This document shows positions 49,028-59,331 of a stretch of 64,000 bases of DNA, in pieces. Both the position numbers and the translations under genes were made by a program. Every line of letters starts with the position of its first letter. Position 1 is the first letter of the stretch. The stretch covers positions 288,001 through 352,000 of the forward strand of contig OZ246423.1 in assembly GCA_965231215.1 (NCBI GenBank), written 5' to 3'. The notes beneath the pieces were generated by a model. That model was not told where the DNA came from. It saw only the letters and a program-made list of their open reading frames with translations, and made no database searches. The DNA comes from Candidatus Altimarinota bacterium (GTDB lineage Bacteria > Patescibacteriota > Gracilibacteria > UBA4473).

Positions 49028-52000
49028 ATGAACTACCTACTTAAATACCTTCTTGAAAATAGATTTTTAACCGCCTTACTGTTTTTGATTTTATCAGGAA
49101 TGGGAATCTGGGCGATTAAGAATACTCCTGTTGATGCTTTGCCTGATCTATCAGAGAATCAAGTAATTGTGGTTACGCAATGGGCTGGTCAATCACCCCA
49201 AAACATCGAGGATCAGATCACCTATCCACTTACTACAGCTATGCAGTCCTTACCAAAAGTAAGGACAGTACGAAGTAGCTCTATGCTTGGGGTCTCAATG
49301 GTGACGGTTATTTTTGAAGATGACACAGGTATTTATTTTGCTCGTGATCGGGTAAATGAAAAGCTCTCTCAGCTTCAATCAACCTTTCCAGAAGGAGCAA
49401 TGGTGCGACTTGGGCCAGATGCTACAGGACTAGGGCACATCTTGATGTATAAGTTAGAGAATCCTGACATGTCGCTTACGGATTTACGAACACTTCAAGA
49501 CTTTACTGTAAAATTAGAATTAGAGAGCCTAGGAGGGATTTCGGAAGTCGCTTCTATAGGAGGGTATAAAAAACAGTATCAAGTCATTATCGATCCTATC
49601 AAGCTTGAAGATTTTAATCTAAACTTGATGACCGTGGTGAACACTATCAAAGCCAGTAATAATAATGTTTCTGGGAGAGTGCTTGAATATGGAGAACGAG
49701 AAATATCAGTTCAAGGGATTGGTTTTTTTGATTCAGAAGAAGCTCTAAAGGATCTCATAATTGGGAAAAAAACGAGCGGTGAAAGTTTGCTTTTGTCTGA
49801 AGTTGGAACCGTTCGAGTCAGTGGGGCTTCTCGACGAGGAGTCTTAGCCGACAAGGAAACTGAAAAGGTCGGAGGAATTGTGGTCATGCGATATGGAGAA
49901 AATCCGCTAGAGGTTATCAAGCGAGTAAAAACAAAAATAGACCAATTAGAATCAAGTCTCCCTGAAGGGACGTCTATCATACCTTTCTATGATCGAACCG
50001 AGCTCATTAATAGAGCTATCAAGACAATGAGAGATGTTCTGTTGCAGATGCTTCTTATCACGGCAGTTGTTATGTGGCTATTTCTTCGTCATAAAGGAGC
50101 AACTTTCATAACCTCAATGGCACTTGTATTTGGAGTGATGATGACTTTTTTAGTCATGAAGTTGTTTGGAATTCCCTCAAATATTATGTCTCTGGGAGGG
50201 ATCGCTATTGCCATAGGAACGATGGTCGATTCTATCATTGTGGTAACTGAAAATGCGTATCAAAAACTCATCAAAGCAGGAGAAAGTAAAACACAGAATT
50301 TTTCGGAGCGTTTGAAAATTGTTTATGAGGCAACCTCTGAAGTAGCTGTCCCTCTCCTTTTTGCGATCTTGATTATTATGCTCTCTTTTATTCCAATATT
50401 TGCCTTAGAGGGCATGGAAGGAAAGTTATTTAAACCTCTGGCTTTTACGAATATATTTGCCATGCTTGGAGCTCTTGTAGCCTCCTTGATATTTGTGCCG
50501 CTTGGGTGTGCTTACTTCCTGAAAGGCAAACTCTATGAAGATCATAATATTCCAACGGTTTTTTGGTTTCAGAAGTTTTATGAACCTCTTTTAAGTAAAG
50601 CTTTAAAACACCCCAAAAAGACTATTGGGAGTGCCATCATAGCCCTGCTTATTGCTTTAGGGCTTGGGACTCAAATTGGTTCTGAATTTATGCCCCCCCT
50701 AGATGAAGGAGCCATTATGTACATGCCGATGACCGTTCCTGATGTATCAGAACGAAAAGCTACGGAACTGCTGATTGAGACCAATAAAATCTTATCTGAA
50801 TTTCCAGAAGTTGAATCCGTCGTTGGGAAAGCTGGTCGAGCCGATAGTGCAACCGACCCTGCTCCTTTAGCGATGTTAGAAACTTTTATCATGCTCAAAC
50901 CAAAAAGTGAATGGAGATCAGGTATGACCAAGGAAAAACTCATTACTGAGATGAATCGAAAGGTAAATTTTCCTAACCTTTGGAATGGATTTACTCAGCC
51001 GATTATTGGGCGTATCGACATGATATCTACTGGAATTCGAGCTCAAGTAGGAATCAAAGTATTTGGCGATGATGCGAAGAAACTAGAAGACCTTGCGATA
51101 GAAATTGAAGGGATGATGGCTTATGTGCCTGGAGCGGTGGGAACAGTCGCTATTCGAACCTCGGGACTTAAATATCTCAATGTGGATTTAGATGAAGGAA
51201 AACTCGCTTCTTATGGTATACCTAAAAGCCAAGCTCTCAATGCTATCGCTATTGGAACGGGTGGAAAAACAATTACTCAGACCATTCAAGGAAGAGAAAA
51301 GTATGGCATTGAGCTTCGTTTTACTCGTAATCAACGAGCAAAAATCCCAGATATTAAAGGACTTCAACTAAGAGGTATGAACGGTCAAAAAGTAGCCCTC
51401 TCTGAAGTGGCAGATATTCGTGTTGAAGATGGGCCTGCTGTACTTCAGTCAGAAGACGGAAAGCTCCGTTCTGCGGTTCAAATGAATGTGAGTGGACGTG
51501 ATCTCGTTTCTTTTGTTAAAGAGACTGATGAATACTTAAAAGAGAATCTAGAACTTCCTGCTGGCTATACTATAGAGTTTGATGGTCAATATAAAAATCA
51601 GGTTCGAGCCAAAGAGAAATTATCGGTAGTAGTACCGTTAGTAATTCTTATTATATTTGTTCTGCTCTACCTCACCTATGCAGATTTGAAACTCGTTTCA
51701 GTGGTAATGCTCGCTATTCCGCTAAGTCTTATTGGAGGATTATTGGCGTTGTTCTTAGCTCAGTACAATTTCTCAGTGGCAGTTTGGGTTGGTTTCATTG
51801 CTTTATTTGGAAACGCGGTAGAGACAGGCGTGGTAATCGTTCTCTATCTAGATCAGGCCGTGAAGAAAGCTCAGGAAAAATTTCAGACACTTACGCAGTC
51901 TCAAATTGAATCTGCCATCCTTGAAGGAGCGACCAAAAGACTTCGTCCAGTACTTATGACCGCTTTCACATCCATTATCGGGCTTATTCCGATGCTTATT

Positions 52001-52144
52001 TCTACTGGGACAGGTTCAGAAGTTCAAAAGCCATTGGCAATTGTGGTAGTTGGAGGACTTATAACGTCTGTATTTATGACGATGGTGGTAATACCTGTGT
52101 TATTTGGGGTTGTCAGAAGTCGTGATAGAATAATAGTTGATTAG
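49028..52144 (+). CDS. cusA: Heavy-metal efflux RND permease, CusA/SilA type
   Basis: DALPDLS, GPDATGLG, AIGTMVD, RLRPVLMT; the Met triad appears conserved (MYMP, PLAML, RIDMI). Confidence 0.9.
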   Translation: MNYLLKYLLENRFLTALLFLILSGMGIWAIKNTPVDALPDLSENQVIVVTQWAGQSPQNIEDQITYPLTTAMQSLPKVRTVRSSSMLGVSMVTVIFEDDTGIYFARDRVNEKLSQLQSTFPEGAMVRLGPDATGLGHILMYKLENPDMSLTDLRTLQDFTVKLELESLGGISEVASIGGYKKQYQVIIDPIKLEDFNLNLMTVVNTIKASNNNVSGRVLEYGEREISVQGIGFFDSEEALKDLIIGKKTSGESLLLSEVGTVRVSGASRRGVLADKETEKVGGIVVMRYGENPLEVIKRVKTKIDQLESSLPEGTSIIPFYDRTELINRAIKTMRDVLLQMLLITAVVMWLFLRHKGATFITSMALVFGVMMTFLVMKLFGIPSNIMSLGGIAIAIGTMVDSIIVVTENAYQKLIKAGESKTQNFSERLKIVYEATSEVAVPLLFAILIIMLSFIPIFALEGMEGKLFKPLAFTNIFAMLGALVASLIFVPLGCAYFLKGKLYEDHNIPTVFWFQKFYEPLLSKALKHPKKTIGSAIIALLIALGLGTQIGSEFMPPLDEGAIMYMPMTVPDVSERKATELLIETNKILSEFPEVESVVGKAGRADSATDPAPLAMLETFIMLKPKSEWRSGMTKEKLITEMNRKVNFPNLWNGFTQPIIGRIDMISTGIRAQVGIKVFGDDAKKLEDLAIEIEGMMAYVPGAVGTVAIRTSGLKYLNVDLDEGKLASYGIPKSQALNAIAIGTGGKTITQTIQGREKYGIELRFTRNQRAKIPDIKGLQLRGMNGQKVALSEVADIRVEDGPAVLQSEDGKLRSAVQMNVSGRDLVSFVKETDEYLKENLELPAGYTIEFDGQYKNQVRAKEKLSVVVPLVILIIFVLLYLTYADLKLVSVVMLAIPLSLIGGLLALFLAQYNFSVAVWVGFIALFGNAVETGVVIVLYLDQAVKKAQEKFQTLTQSQIESAILEGATKRLRPVLMTAFTSIIGLIPMLISTGTGSEVQKPLAIVVVGGLITSVFMTMVVIPVLFGVVRSRDRIIVD

Positions 52145-52162
52145 TACATAATCCAGTTTCAA

Positions 52163-52912
52163 ATGGCCTATGACCATACTAAAACTTTTGAAAATATTAG
52201 TAGAACTGTGGCGAAAGTGAATAAGGACACTATGAAGATGCTTGTATCTCTTCCAGAATTTCAAGATCAAGTAGAAAAGATTCGCAAAAAATACAACATT
52301 CCACCAGACGGCTTAAAAAATAATGAGGAAAGTAAGTCTTGGCATCACGACTACCTCTACGAGTCAGATGAAAGAATCCAAAACTGGCTAAAAGAGGTAA
52401 AAAACATCTGGACCTACTGTAAAAAACTTCAACACGATCCTCGTTATATTCAACATATAGAACGGTACATTCTATTTAACCAAATCACCGCTCCTTTCTG
52501 TAATGGTAATGCTTCTATGGGTTTTCCTGCCTGGCCTAACATGGAAAGACGAGATTTTTCAATTAAGGTCTATCACAAACTTACCAAAGACGAATTAGAT
52601 TTAATTATGCATGATCTAGAAAGGATGATGAATCGCTATGTACCAAGTTCTCAGAAAAAACTAAGACCGAAACCAGAACTTGATAGAGATTTAGCGGTCA
52701 TCGAAAAAACACAAAGAATAGGTGATCTGGTAGTAACTCATGATGGAGCTTACGAATACAACTACAACGATATTGTATCTGAAGTATACGATACTGAGGA
52801 GGGAGACTTAAGCTGTTCAAGTGATAAAAAAAGAAAAGAAAGCCTTCGAAAAAACAAACAAAGGACTGAGAAAGATATAAAAGAGCGGTTGGGTTGGGAC
52901 AGCTCATCGTGA
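52163..52912 (+). CDS. Hypothetical protein
   Basis: 249-aa ORF upstream of the methylase/terminase module. Confidence 0.7.
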   Translation: MAYDHTKTFENISRTVAKVNKDTMKMLVSLPEFQDQVEKIRKKYNIPPDGLKNNEESKSWHHDYLYESDERIQNWLKEVKNIWTYCKKLQHDPRYIQHIERYILFNQITAPFCNGNASMGFPAWPNMERRDFSIKVYHKLTKDELDLIMHDLERMMNRYVPSSQKKLRPKPELDRDLAVIEKTQRIGDLVVTHDGAYEYNYNDIVSEVYDTEEGDLSCSSDKKRKESLRKNKQRTEKDIKERLGWDSSS

Positions 52913-52978
52913 TTATTATGTCCCAGAGGAAGAAGAAGTGAGGCCTATCATGAGTCCATATTTTGTAATTCTCACAAT

Positions 52979-54274
52979 ATGGCTCAAGCAAAATCTACCT
53001 CAAACCAACTTAAAGTTTGCTACATTTTACCAAACTTACTCAATCCAGCTCCCTATAATCCGAGGAAATGGGATACTGGGGCTACCAAGCAACTGACAGA
53101 AAGTATACAACGTTTTGGCCTGATTGATCCCATTATTGTAAACGGAGCTAAAGACCGAAAGAATATTGTAATTGGTGGTCACTTCCGACTCAAAATTGCC
53201 AAAGATCTAGGCTATAAAGAAGTGCCAGTGGTGTATCTCAACATTCCTGATATCAAAAAAGAGCAGGAATTAAATCTACGTTTGAACCGAAATACAGGTG
53301 ACTGGGATTTTGAAATTCTCAAAGATTTCGATCTCGACTTACTGCTTGATGTAGGGTTTGATGATTCGGATCTATCAGCTATTTGGGACGAAGCTTTGGG
53401 AGTCGAAGATGATGCATTTAAAACTCGCGAAGAGCTAAAAAGCATAGAGGATCCAGAGTCTAAAGAAGGTGATGTATTTCAGCTCGGAAGCCATCGCCTG
53501 GTTTGTGGAGATTCTACCGACCCTAAAGTAGTGCAAAAACTTTTGGGCAATACCAAGATCAACATGATCTACTCTGATCCACCCTATAATATTGGATTTG
53601 ACTATGCTAAAGGCATTGGAACAGAAGGGAAATACCAGGGGAAAAAGACGAATGACAGTAAAAGCCAAGCTGAGTATCGTGCCTTTTTAGAAAACACTCT
53701 ACGAAATGGACTAAAGCATTGCACCCCTGATACTCATATTTTTTATTGGTGTGATCAAAATTATATCGGACTGTTGCAAGATCTTTATCAACATAACGGC
53801 ATCGATAACAAGAGGGTTTGTTTGTGGATCAAGAATAACCAAAACGCCACACCTCAAATTGCTTTCAATAAATGCTATGAGCCGTGCGTGTATGGGATCC
53901 GAGGCAAGCCCTTCTTGTCTCCTAAATCCTCTAACCTCACAGAGATTGCAAATCCAGAAATTGAAAACGGCAACCGCACCATTGATGACATTCTTGACCT
54001 ACTCGACATCTGGCTTGTTAAAAGACTCCCAACCAACGAATACCAACACGCCACCGAAAAACCAGTCGTTTTGCATGACCGCCCTTTAAGGCGATGCACC
54101 AAACCAGGCGACACGGTGCTTGATCTATTTGGAGGTTCAGGATCGACTCTAATCGCCTGCGAACAACTGGGCAGAAAAGCCTTTTTAGTCGAACACGAAC
54201 CTGCCTTTTGTGATCTCATCATCAAACGCTACCTAGCTCTTAACCCACAAAACCATGCCAAAAAAATCAATTAA
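52979..54274 (+). CDS. ParB-like N-domain plus N4/N6 DNA methyltransferase
   Basis: PAPYNPR...GGHFR; DPPY; HATEKP; DLFGGSGST. Confidence 0.9.
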   Translation: MAQAKSTSNQLKVCYILPNLLNPAPYNPRKWDTGATKQLTESIQRFGLIDPIIVNGAKDRKNIVIGGHFRLKIAKDLGYKEVPVVYLNIPDIKKEQELNLRLNRNTGDWDFEILKDFDLDLLLDVGFDDSDLSAIWDEALGVEDDAFKTREELKSIEDPESKEGDVFQLGSHRLVCGDSTDPKVVQKLLGNTKINMIYSDPPYNIGFDYAKGIGTEGKYQGKKTNDSKSQAEYRAFLENTLRNGLKHCTPDTHIFYWCDQNYIGLLQDLYQHNGIDNKRVCLWIKNNQNATPQIAFNKCYEPCVYGIRGKPFLSPKSSNLTEIANPEIENGNRTIDDILDLLDIWLVKRLPTNEYQHATEKPVVLHDRPLRRCTKPGDTVLDLFGGSGSTLIACEQLGRKAFLVEHEPAFCDLIIKRYLALNPQNHAKKIN

Positions 54275-55025
54275 TCTTGGAGATGTATTTCAACTTGGTG
54301 AACATCGACTTATTTGTGGAGATGCCACGAATCCAGAGCACGTCCAGGAACTCTTAGAAAATGACCGAGTGAAACTCATTCTGACTGATGTGCCGTATGG
54401 AGTAGCTTTAGTCGAGGGAAAGAAAGAATTTTCTAAGTCTAAGGTCAAGCATGAGCCTATTGCGAATGATCATTTGCAGTCCGATAATGATTTTAAGCAA
54501 TTCACTACAAACTGGCTTGATCCCGTTAAAGATAAACTCACCGACAAAAACACATTCTACATTTTCAACTCGGACAAGATGATGTTTCCGATGCGAGAAG
54601 CCTTGCTTGAAGCAGGGTTTAAGTTTTCGCAGTTACTAGTATGGGCAAAAACAGGAGCCGTTATTGGCAGGCTGGATTATTTACCTCAACACGAATTGAT
54701 TGCCTACGGCTGGCGTGGTCGTCACGAGTTTTTAAAATCCAAGGATAAATCCATTTTGGTGAGTCCAAAAACAAAGAAAAATACGCTTCATCCGACCATG
54801 AAGCCTGTATCAATTCTGAGAAAACTGATTCTCAATAGCTCTCGTAGAGAAGATATCGTTTACGACCCATTTGGGGGTAGTGGCTCAACCCTGATGGCTT
54901 GCGAGCAAACTCGCAGGAAGTGTTTGATGATCGAAATCGAACCAATGTATTGCCAAGTGATTATTGATCGCTGGGAAAAACTTACAGGCAAAAAAGCCGT
55001 ACTTCTTAACTCTAAAAAATCATGA
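54255..55025 (+). CDS. Second DNA methyltransferase
   Basis: TDVPYG, HPTMKP, DPFGGSGST. Confidence 0.9.
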   Translation: MPKKSINLGDVFQLGEHRLICGDATNPEHVQELLENDRVKLILTDVPYGVALVEGKKEFSKSKVKHEPIANDHLQSDNDFKQFTTNWLDPVKDKLTDKNTFYIFNSDKMMFPMREALLEAGFKFSQLLVWAKTGAVIGRLDYLPQHELIAYGWRGRHEFLKSKDKSILVSPKTKKNTLHPTMKPVSILRKLILNSSRREDIVYDPFGGSGSTLMACEQTRRKCLMIEIEPMYCQVIIDRWEKLTGKKAVLLNSKKS

Positions 55026-55435
55026 CTATTAACGAGCGACAACAGCAACAAAAAGAGGTTCTCTGTGAGCAACTGAGAAAAACACCGATTGTACAGGTCA
55101 CCTGTGAGAAAATCGGTATTGGGCGAGCCACGTACTACCGCTGGAGAAAAGACGACAAGGTTTTTGCAAAGAAGGCCGATGAGGCTTTAAGTGAAGGGGT
55201 TCATCTGATGAACGACATGGCTGAATCGCAACTGTTGTCAGCTATAAAATCTCAGAATTTAACCGCCATTATTTTCTGGCTAAAACATCGCCACAAGTCT
55301 TATACACAGAAGTTTGAAGTTACGACTCGCCTGGAAAACCCTGAACTAACCGAAGAACAGCAGGCTATGGTACAAAAAGCCCTAACTTTAGGGTCTTTAG
55401 CCCCCTCTAAAAATTCCCCTAAAAAGAAAAAATGA
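55022..55435 (+). CDS. HTH protein, probable terminase small subunit
   Basis: CEKIGIGRATYYRW, AIIFWLK; overlaps the terL start. Confidence 0.7.
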   Translation: MTINERQQQQKEVLCEQLRKTPIVQVTCEKIGIGRATYYRWRKDDKVFAKKADEALSEGVHLMNDMAESQLLSAIKSQNLTAIIFWLKHRHKSYTQKFEVTTRLENPELTEEQQAMVQKALTLGSLAPSKNSPKKKK

Positions 55436-56928
55436 CTGAAATCATCCCAGCTATCGAAGAAAACATGGTACATCAAGTCCTTACCGACCAGCAAGTTAGA
55501 CAGGAGGTCACCAGTCAAAGCCATTATTGGTTTTTTCACACTTACTTTCACCACTATATCACTCACAAAACCGCTGATTTTCAGCGAGATATTTTTAGGC
55601 TAACCGAAGATGAAAAAGTAAAAAACATAGTCATCATTGCTTTTCGAGGATCGGGTAAATCTACGATTGTAAATCTTTCGTATCCTCTGTGGGCTATTCT
55701 GGGTGCACAGAAGAAAAAATTTGTATTACTGGTTGGGCAAACCCAGCACCAAGCGCGACAACACCTCAAAAATATTAAGCGGGAAATGGAATCTAACGAT
55801 TTGCTCCGCAAAGATCTCGGGCCATTCAAAGAAGACGATGAGTGGAGTACGTCTTCACTACTCATTCCAAAACACGATGCTCGAATTATGGCCGTTTCTA
55901 TGGAGCAAAGTGTGCGAGGGATTCGTCATAACCAGTACCGACCAGACCTGATTATTTGTGACGACATTGAAGATCTATCCTCGGTCAAAACACTTGAAGG
56001 CAGAAACAAAACCTTCGATTGGCTTACCAGCGAAGTAATCCCCGCTGGCGATCAAAGTACTCGACTGGTAATGATTGGGAATCTTCTTCATGAAGACTCA
56101 GTCATTATGCGGATGAAAGAAAAAATCAGAAAACGAGAGATGAGTGGCAAATACAAAGCTTACCCAGTAGTTCGTAATAAAAAGTCTCTGTGGCCTGGAA
56201 AGTATAAGAATATGCAGGCCATAAAAACTGAAGAAAAAAGAGTTGGAAACGATATCGCTTGGCAAAGAGAATTTATGCTGCGTATTGTTCCTGATGATGG
56301 ACAAGTAGTACATAAAGACTGGATTCAGTACTATGACGAATTACCCAAGCCTAATGGTGCTGATCCTGATCAAGGGGGCATCTCTTTCCGCTACTGTGCC
56401 ATTGGGGTCGATCTAGCTATTTCTGCCAAACAAACAGCGGATTATACGGCTTTTGTGCCTGCCATGGTTTACTTAATTGGTTTTGATGCCTACGTTTATA
56501 TTTTACCTGAAATAGTAAATCGCCGGATGGATTTTAGTACTTCTCAGGAAACCCTCAAAGCCTTAGCTCAAACGATTCATGACAGTCCTAAAAGCGTGAA
56601 AATGTACATCGAGGGAGTTGGGTATCAACAAGCCTTTATACAGGAAGTAAAAAATCAGGGCTATAAGACGGTAGATGTACAACCCCGAGGTGATAAACGG
56701 TCTCGATTGTCAGCTTCAAGTCACTATATAAAAACAGGGAAGGTACTGTTTCCAAAACAAGGTTGTGAGCGACTGATTGAGCAGATGACGGGGTTTGGAG
56801 TAGAAAAGCACGATGATATTGTCGATGCTTTTACCACCATTTTAAATGAAGTTATGAAAGATCCCCCTCGTCGGCATTTCATGGCTTTCTTTGGTGGTGA
56901 TGGAGACGATTCAATTCACTGGTTTTAG
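55432..56928 (+). CDS. Phage terminase large subunit
   Basis: AFRGSGKST, IICDDIED, GVDLA, HDDIVDA. Confidence 0.88.
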   Translation: MTEIIPAIEENMVHQVLTDQQVRQEVTSQSHYWFFHTYFHHYITHKTADFQRDIFRLTEDEKVKNIVIIAFRGSGKSTIVNLSYPLWAILGAQKKKFVLLVGQTQHQARQHLKNIKREMESNDLLRKDLGPFKEDDEWSTSSLLIPKHDARIMAVSMEQSVRGIRHNQYRPDLIICDDIEDLSSVKTLEGRNKTFDWLTSEVIPAGDQSTRLVMIGNLLHEDSVIMRMKEKIRKREMSGKYKAYPVVRNKKSLWPGKYKNMQAIKTEEKRVGNDIAWQREFMLRIVPDDGQVVHKDWIQYYDELPKPNGADPDQGGISFRYCAIGVDLAISAKQTADYTAFVPAMVYLIGFDAYVYILPEIVNRRMDFSTSQETLKALAQTIHDSPKSVKMYIEGVGYQQAFIQEVKNQGYKTVDVQPRGDKRSRLSASSHYIKTGKVLFPKQGCERLIEQMTGFGVEKHDDIVDAFTTILNEVMKDPPRRHFMAFFGGDGDDSIHWF

Positions 56929-56976
56929 ATAAAAAAGACCTAGACTATAAGTTTTATCCCGGCATCAATTAGGTTG

Positions 56977-58260
56977 ATGAAAGAAAACGAGGCGCTACAA
57001 GAACCACTCAAATACTGTTTATACGCTCGAAAGTCGAGTGAAGCAGACGAAAGGCAAGCCCTGTCTATTGATTCTCAGGTCAGTGAGATGCTCAAGCTGG
57101 CAAAAAACGAAGGCATAGAAATTGTTGAAACCCTTCGAGAGAGTAAATCAGCTAAAAGTTCGGGGCAAAGGGTGGTTTATAACCAATTATTGAGTGGTAT
57201 TCGAGAACAACGCTTCAACGCTATTCTTACCTGGGCACCAGACCGACTTAGCCGTAATGCAGGAGATCTTGGATCAATTGTGGATCTAATGGATCAAAAA
57301 ATGCTGGTGCAAATTCGTACCCACGGACAAACCTTCACTGATAATCCCAATGAGAAGTTCTTGCTCATGATCCTCTGTTCTCAAGCCAAACTGGAGAACG
57401 ATAACCGAGCTAAAAACGTCAAACGAGGCCTCCGTAGAAAATGCGAAATGGGAGTCAGACCTGGGTGTGTACCGCTCGGGTATGAACTCATTCGAGGAAA
57501 GACGTTCCGAGATGCCAGTACCATCGAAGTTGACCCTATTCGTGGACCGCTCATACAAAAAATGTTCCGCTGGGTCGCAGAGGACGGTTTAAGCGGTCGT
57601 CAAGTATGGGAGTACATGAAGGAAGAGGGATTTAAGACTAAAAACGGTAAAACCGTAACGCTCAGCATGATTTTTCGAATTTTGGCCGATCCGTTTTACT
57701 ACGGATCTTTTGAATACCCCAAGGGTAGTGGTAATTGGTACGAAGGCACACACAAAAAACTGATCGATAAAGAAACCTACGACATCGTGCGAAGCAAAAT
57801 GAAAGTTTCCCCAAAAGGAAAATGGGGGCGAAAAGATTTTTTCTTCAACAAAGTTTTCAAATGTGGGTCTTGTGGTTCAGGGATATCGGGCGAACAAAAA
57901 CTAAACCGACATGGAAAACACTATGTGTACTACCGTTGTAACCGTTTTAGTGGAAAGAACAGCTGTAAAGAGAAGTATGTTCGGGAAGAAACAATCATTG
58001 AGTCTCTAGCAGACATTTGCGTGACGGTTCAGGAGCAAAATCAAAGATTAGAGAAGAAATTGAGAGGAGAGGTGGAACGGTTCAATGATATGCAGAGAAT
58101 GATGAGTGGAGACAATGCCAAGCTGATGACTACGAAAGACTATGTGCAGTATGTACTAAAAAATGGAAACGGTAGTGAGAAAGGTAAGATCATAAAAGAA
58201 CTTTCTGAAAATCTATTACTCCAAAATGGAACCGTAGTTATGGGTAAATTTAGGGCATAG
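56977..58260 (+). CDS. Large serine recombinase (integrase)
   Basis: YARKSS, DRLSRN, recombinase domain, Zn ribbon CGSCG...YYRC...C. Confidence 0.93.
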   Translation: MKENEALQEPLKYCLYARKSSEADERQALSIDSQVSEMLKLAKNEGIEIVETLRESKSAKSSGQRVVYNQLLSGIREQRFNAILTWAPDRLSRNAGDLGSIVDLMDQKMLVQIRTHGQTFTDNPNEKFLLMILCSQAKLENDNRAKNVKRGLRRKCEMGVRPGCVPLGYELIRGKTFRDASTIEVDPIRGPLIQKMFRWVAEDGLSGRQVWEYMKEEGFKTKNGKTVTLSMIFRILADPFYYGSFEYPKGSGNWYEGTHKKLIDKETYDIVRSKMKVSPKGKWGRKDFFFNKVFKCGSCGSGISGEQKLNRHGKHYVYYRCNRFSGKNSCKEKYVREETIIESLADICVTVQEQNQRLEKKLRGEVERFNDMQRMMSGDNAKLMTTKDYVQYVLKNGNGSEKGKIIKELSENLLLQNGTVVMGKFRA

Positions 58261-58305
58261 TAAAAAATGGTTTTTCTGCTATAAATAGATAAAGATCCAT
58301 ATTGA

Positions 58306-59331
58306 ATGTCCAGTAATAAAATTTCACCTGAATTTTCAAAATTTCTCTTAGATTTAAGAGAAATTTTGAACCGCGTAGATGCAGAATCAGAAGAAAGTGC
58401 ATTGCCAGTGTCAGAAAAAGAGGCGTTCAAAGAAAATCTGCTAGATGAATATTTAGGACAATTTATAGAAAGTATCTATTTTAGAGGGGAAATATGGCTT
58501 TTTAAAGGAAAAGAAGGATTACTCAGGGATCTTAAGTCAAAAGTCGCTGAATTTTTTAAAACAGACGTTGAAAATATTTATATTGTAGGGTCTGCTAAAA
58601 CTGGCTTCAGCATAACAAAAACCAAAGATTTCAGAGAAGGCATAGAAGGCGTGAAAAATTCGGATATTGATATTGCAATTGTAGACACTAAATGCTTCGA
58701 AAGTTACCATCAGCAGATTGGGAGCTTTCATTCTGATTATATGGAACGTCCTATGCTGTCAGGTAGAGACAATGAGAAACTACAAAAAAGCAAAAACTAC
58801 TTAACAGAGGGCTGGATAAGACCAGATCTTCTTTTTCCAAAAGAACTCCAACAAGAGTGGATGAATTTCTTTGATTCTATATCGGATGGAAGGCTTAATT
58901 CTGATCTTAACTATAGAATCAATGGAGGTTTGTACCTTAACCAATCATGTTTTGCACGATTTTGTAGAAAGAGTCTGAAGCAAAAACTAGAAGATCTAAT
59001 AAAACTTGCTAAACAAGTAGAAAATGACCCACTAAGTAATGACTTAACACCTCTAGAACCAGCATTTAAAGCATTTTTGTATTTAATGTGTCCTTTTGAT
59101 CGGGGAGATGAAAAATTAGTACATAATCTTGTCGAAATGATGGATATAACTCTTGATGAGTTTGAACTCTTGAAAGAGAAATTCATCGCTGATGGACTGC
59201 TAAAAGCTATTGGAAATCAGATTTACTTTGAGGATGAACGTATTGGTAAAGAAGCTGTTAATTATCTCATAAATCAAGAAAAAACTGATCCTGCTCAAAT
59301 AATTGAACTTTCTAATATTTACGAACAATGA
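58306..59331 (+). CDS. Pol-beta superfamily nucleotidyltransferase-like protein with a C-terminal winged-helix-like region
   Basis: IVGSAKTGFS...SDIDIAIVD (GS, DxD). Confidence 0.7.
   Translation: MSSNKISPEFSKFLLDLREILNRVDAESEESALPVSEKEAFKENLLDEYLGQFIESIYFRGEIWLFKGKEGLLRDLKSKVAEFFKTDVENIYIVGSAKTGFSITKTKDFREGIEGVKNSDIDIAIVDTKCFESYHQQIGSFHSDYMERPMLSGRDNEKLQKSKNYLTEGWIRPDLLFPKELQQEWMNFFDSISDGRLNSDLNYRINGGLYLNQSCFARFCRKSLKQKLEDLIKLAKQVENDPLSNDLTPLEPAFKAFLYLMCPFDRGDEKLVHNLVEMMDITLDEFELLKEKFIADGLLKAIGNQIYFEDERIGKEAVNYLINQEKTDPAQIIELSNIYEQ

Noticed and set aside
52979-58260. Complete prophage
   Set aside because: No recognisable portal, capsid, tail, lysis or replication genes.
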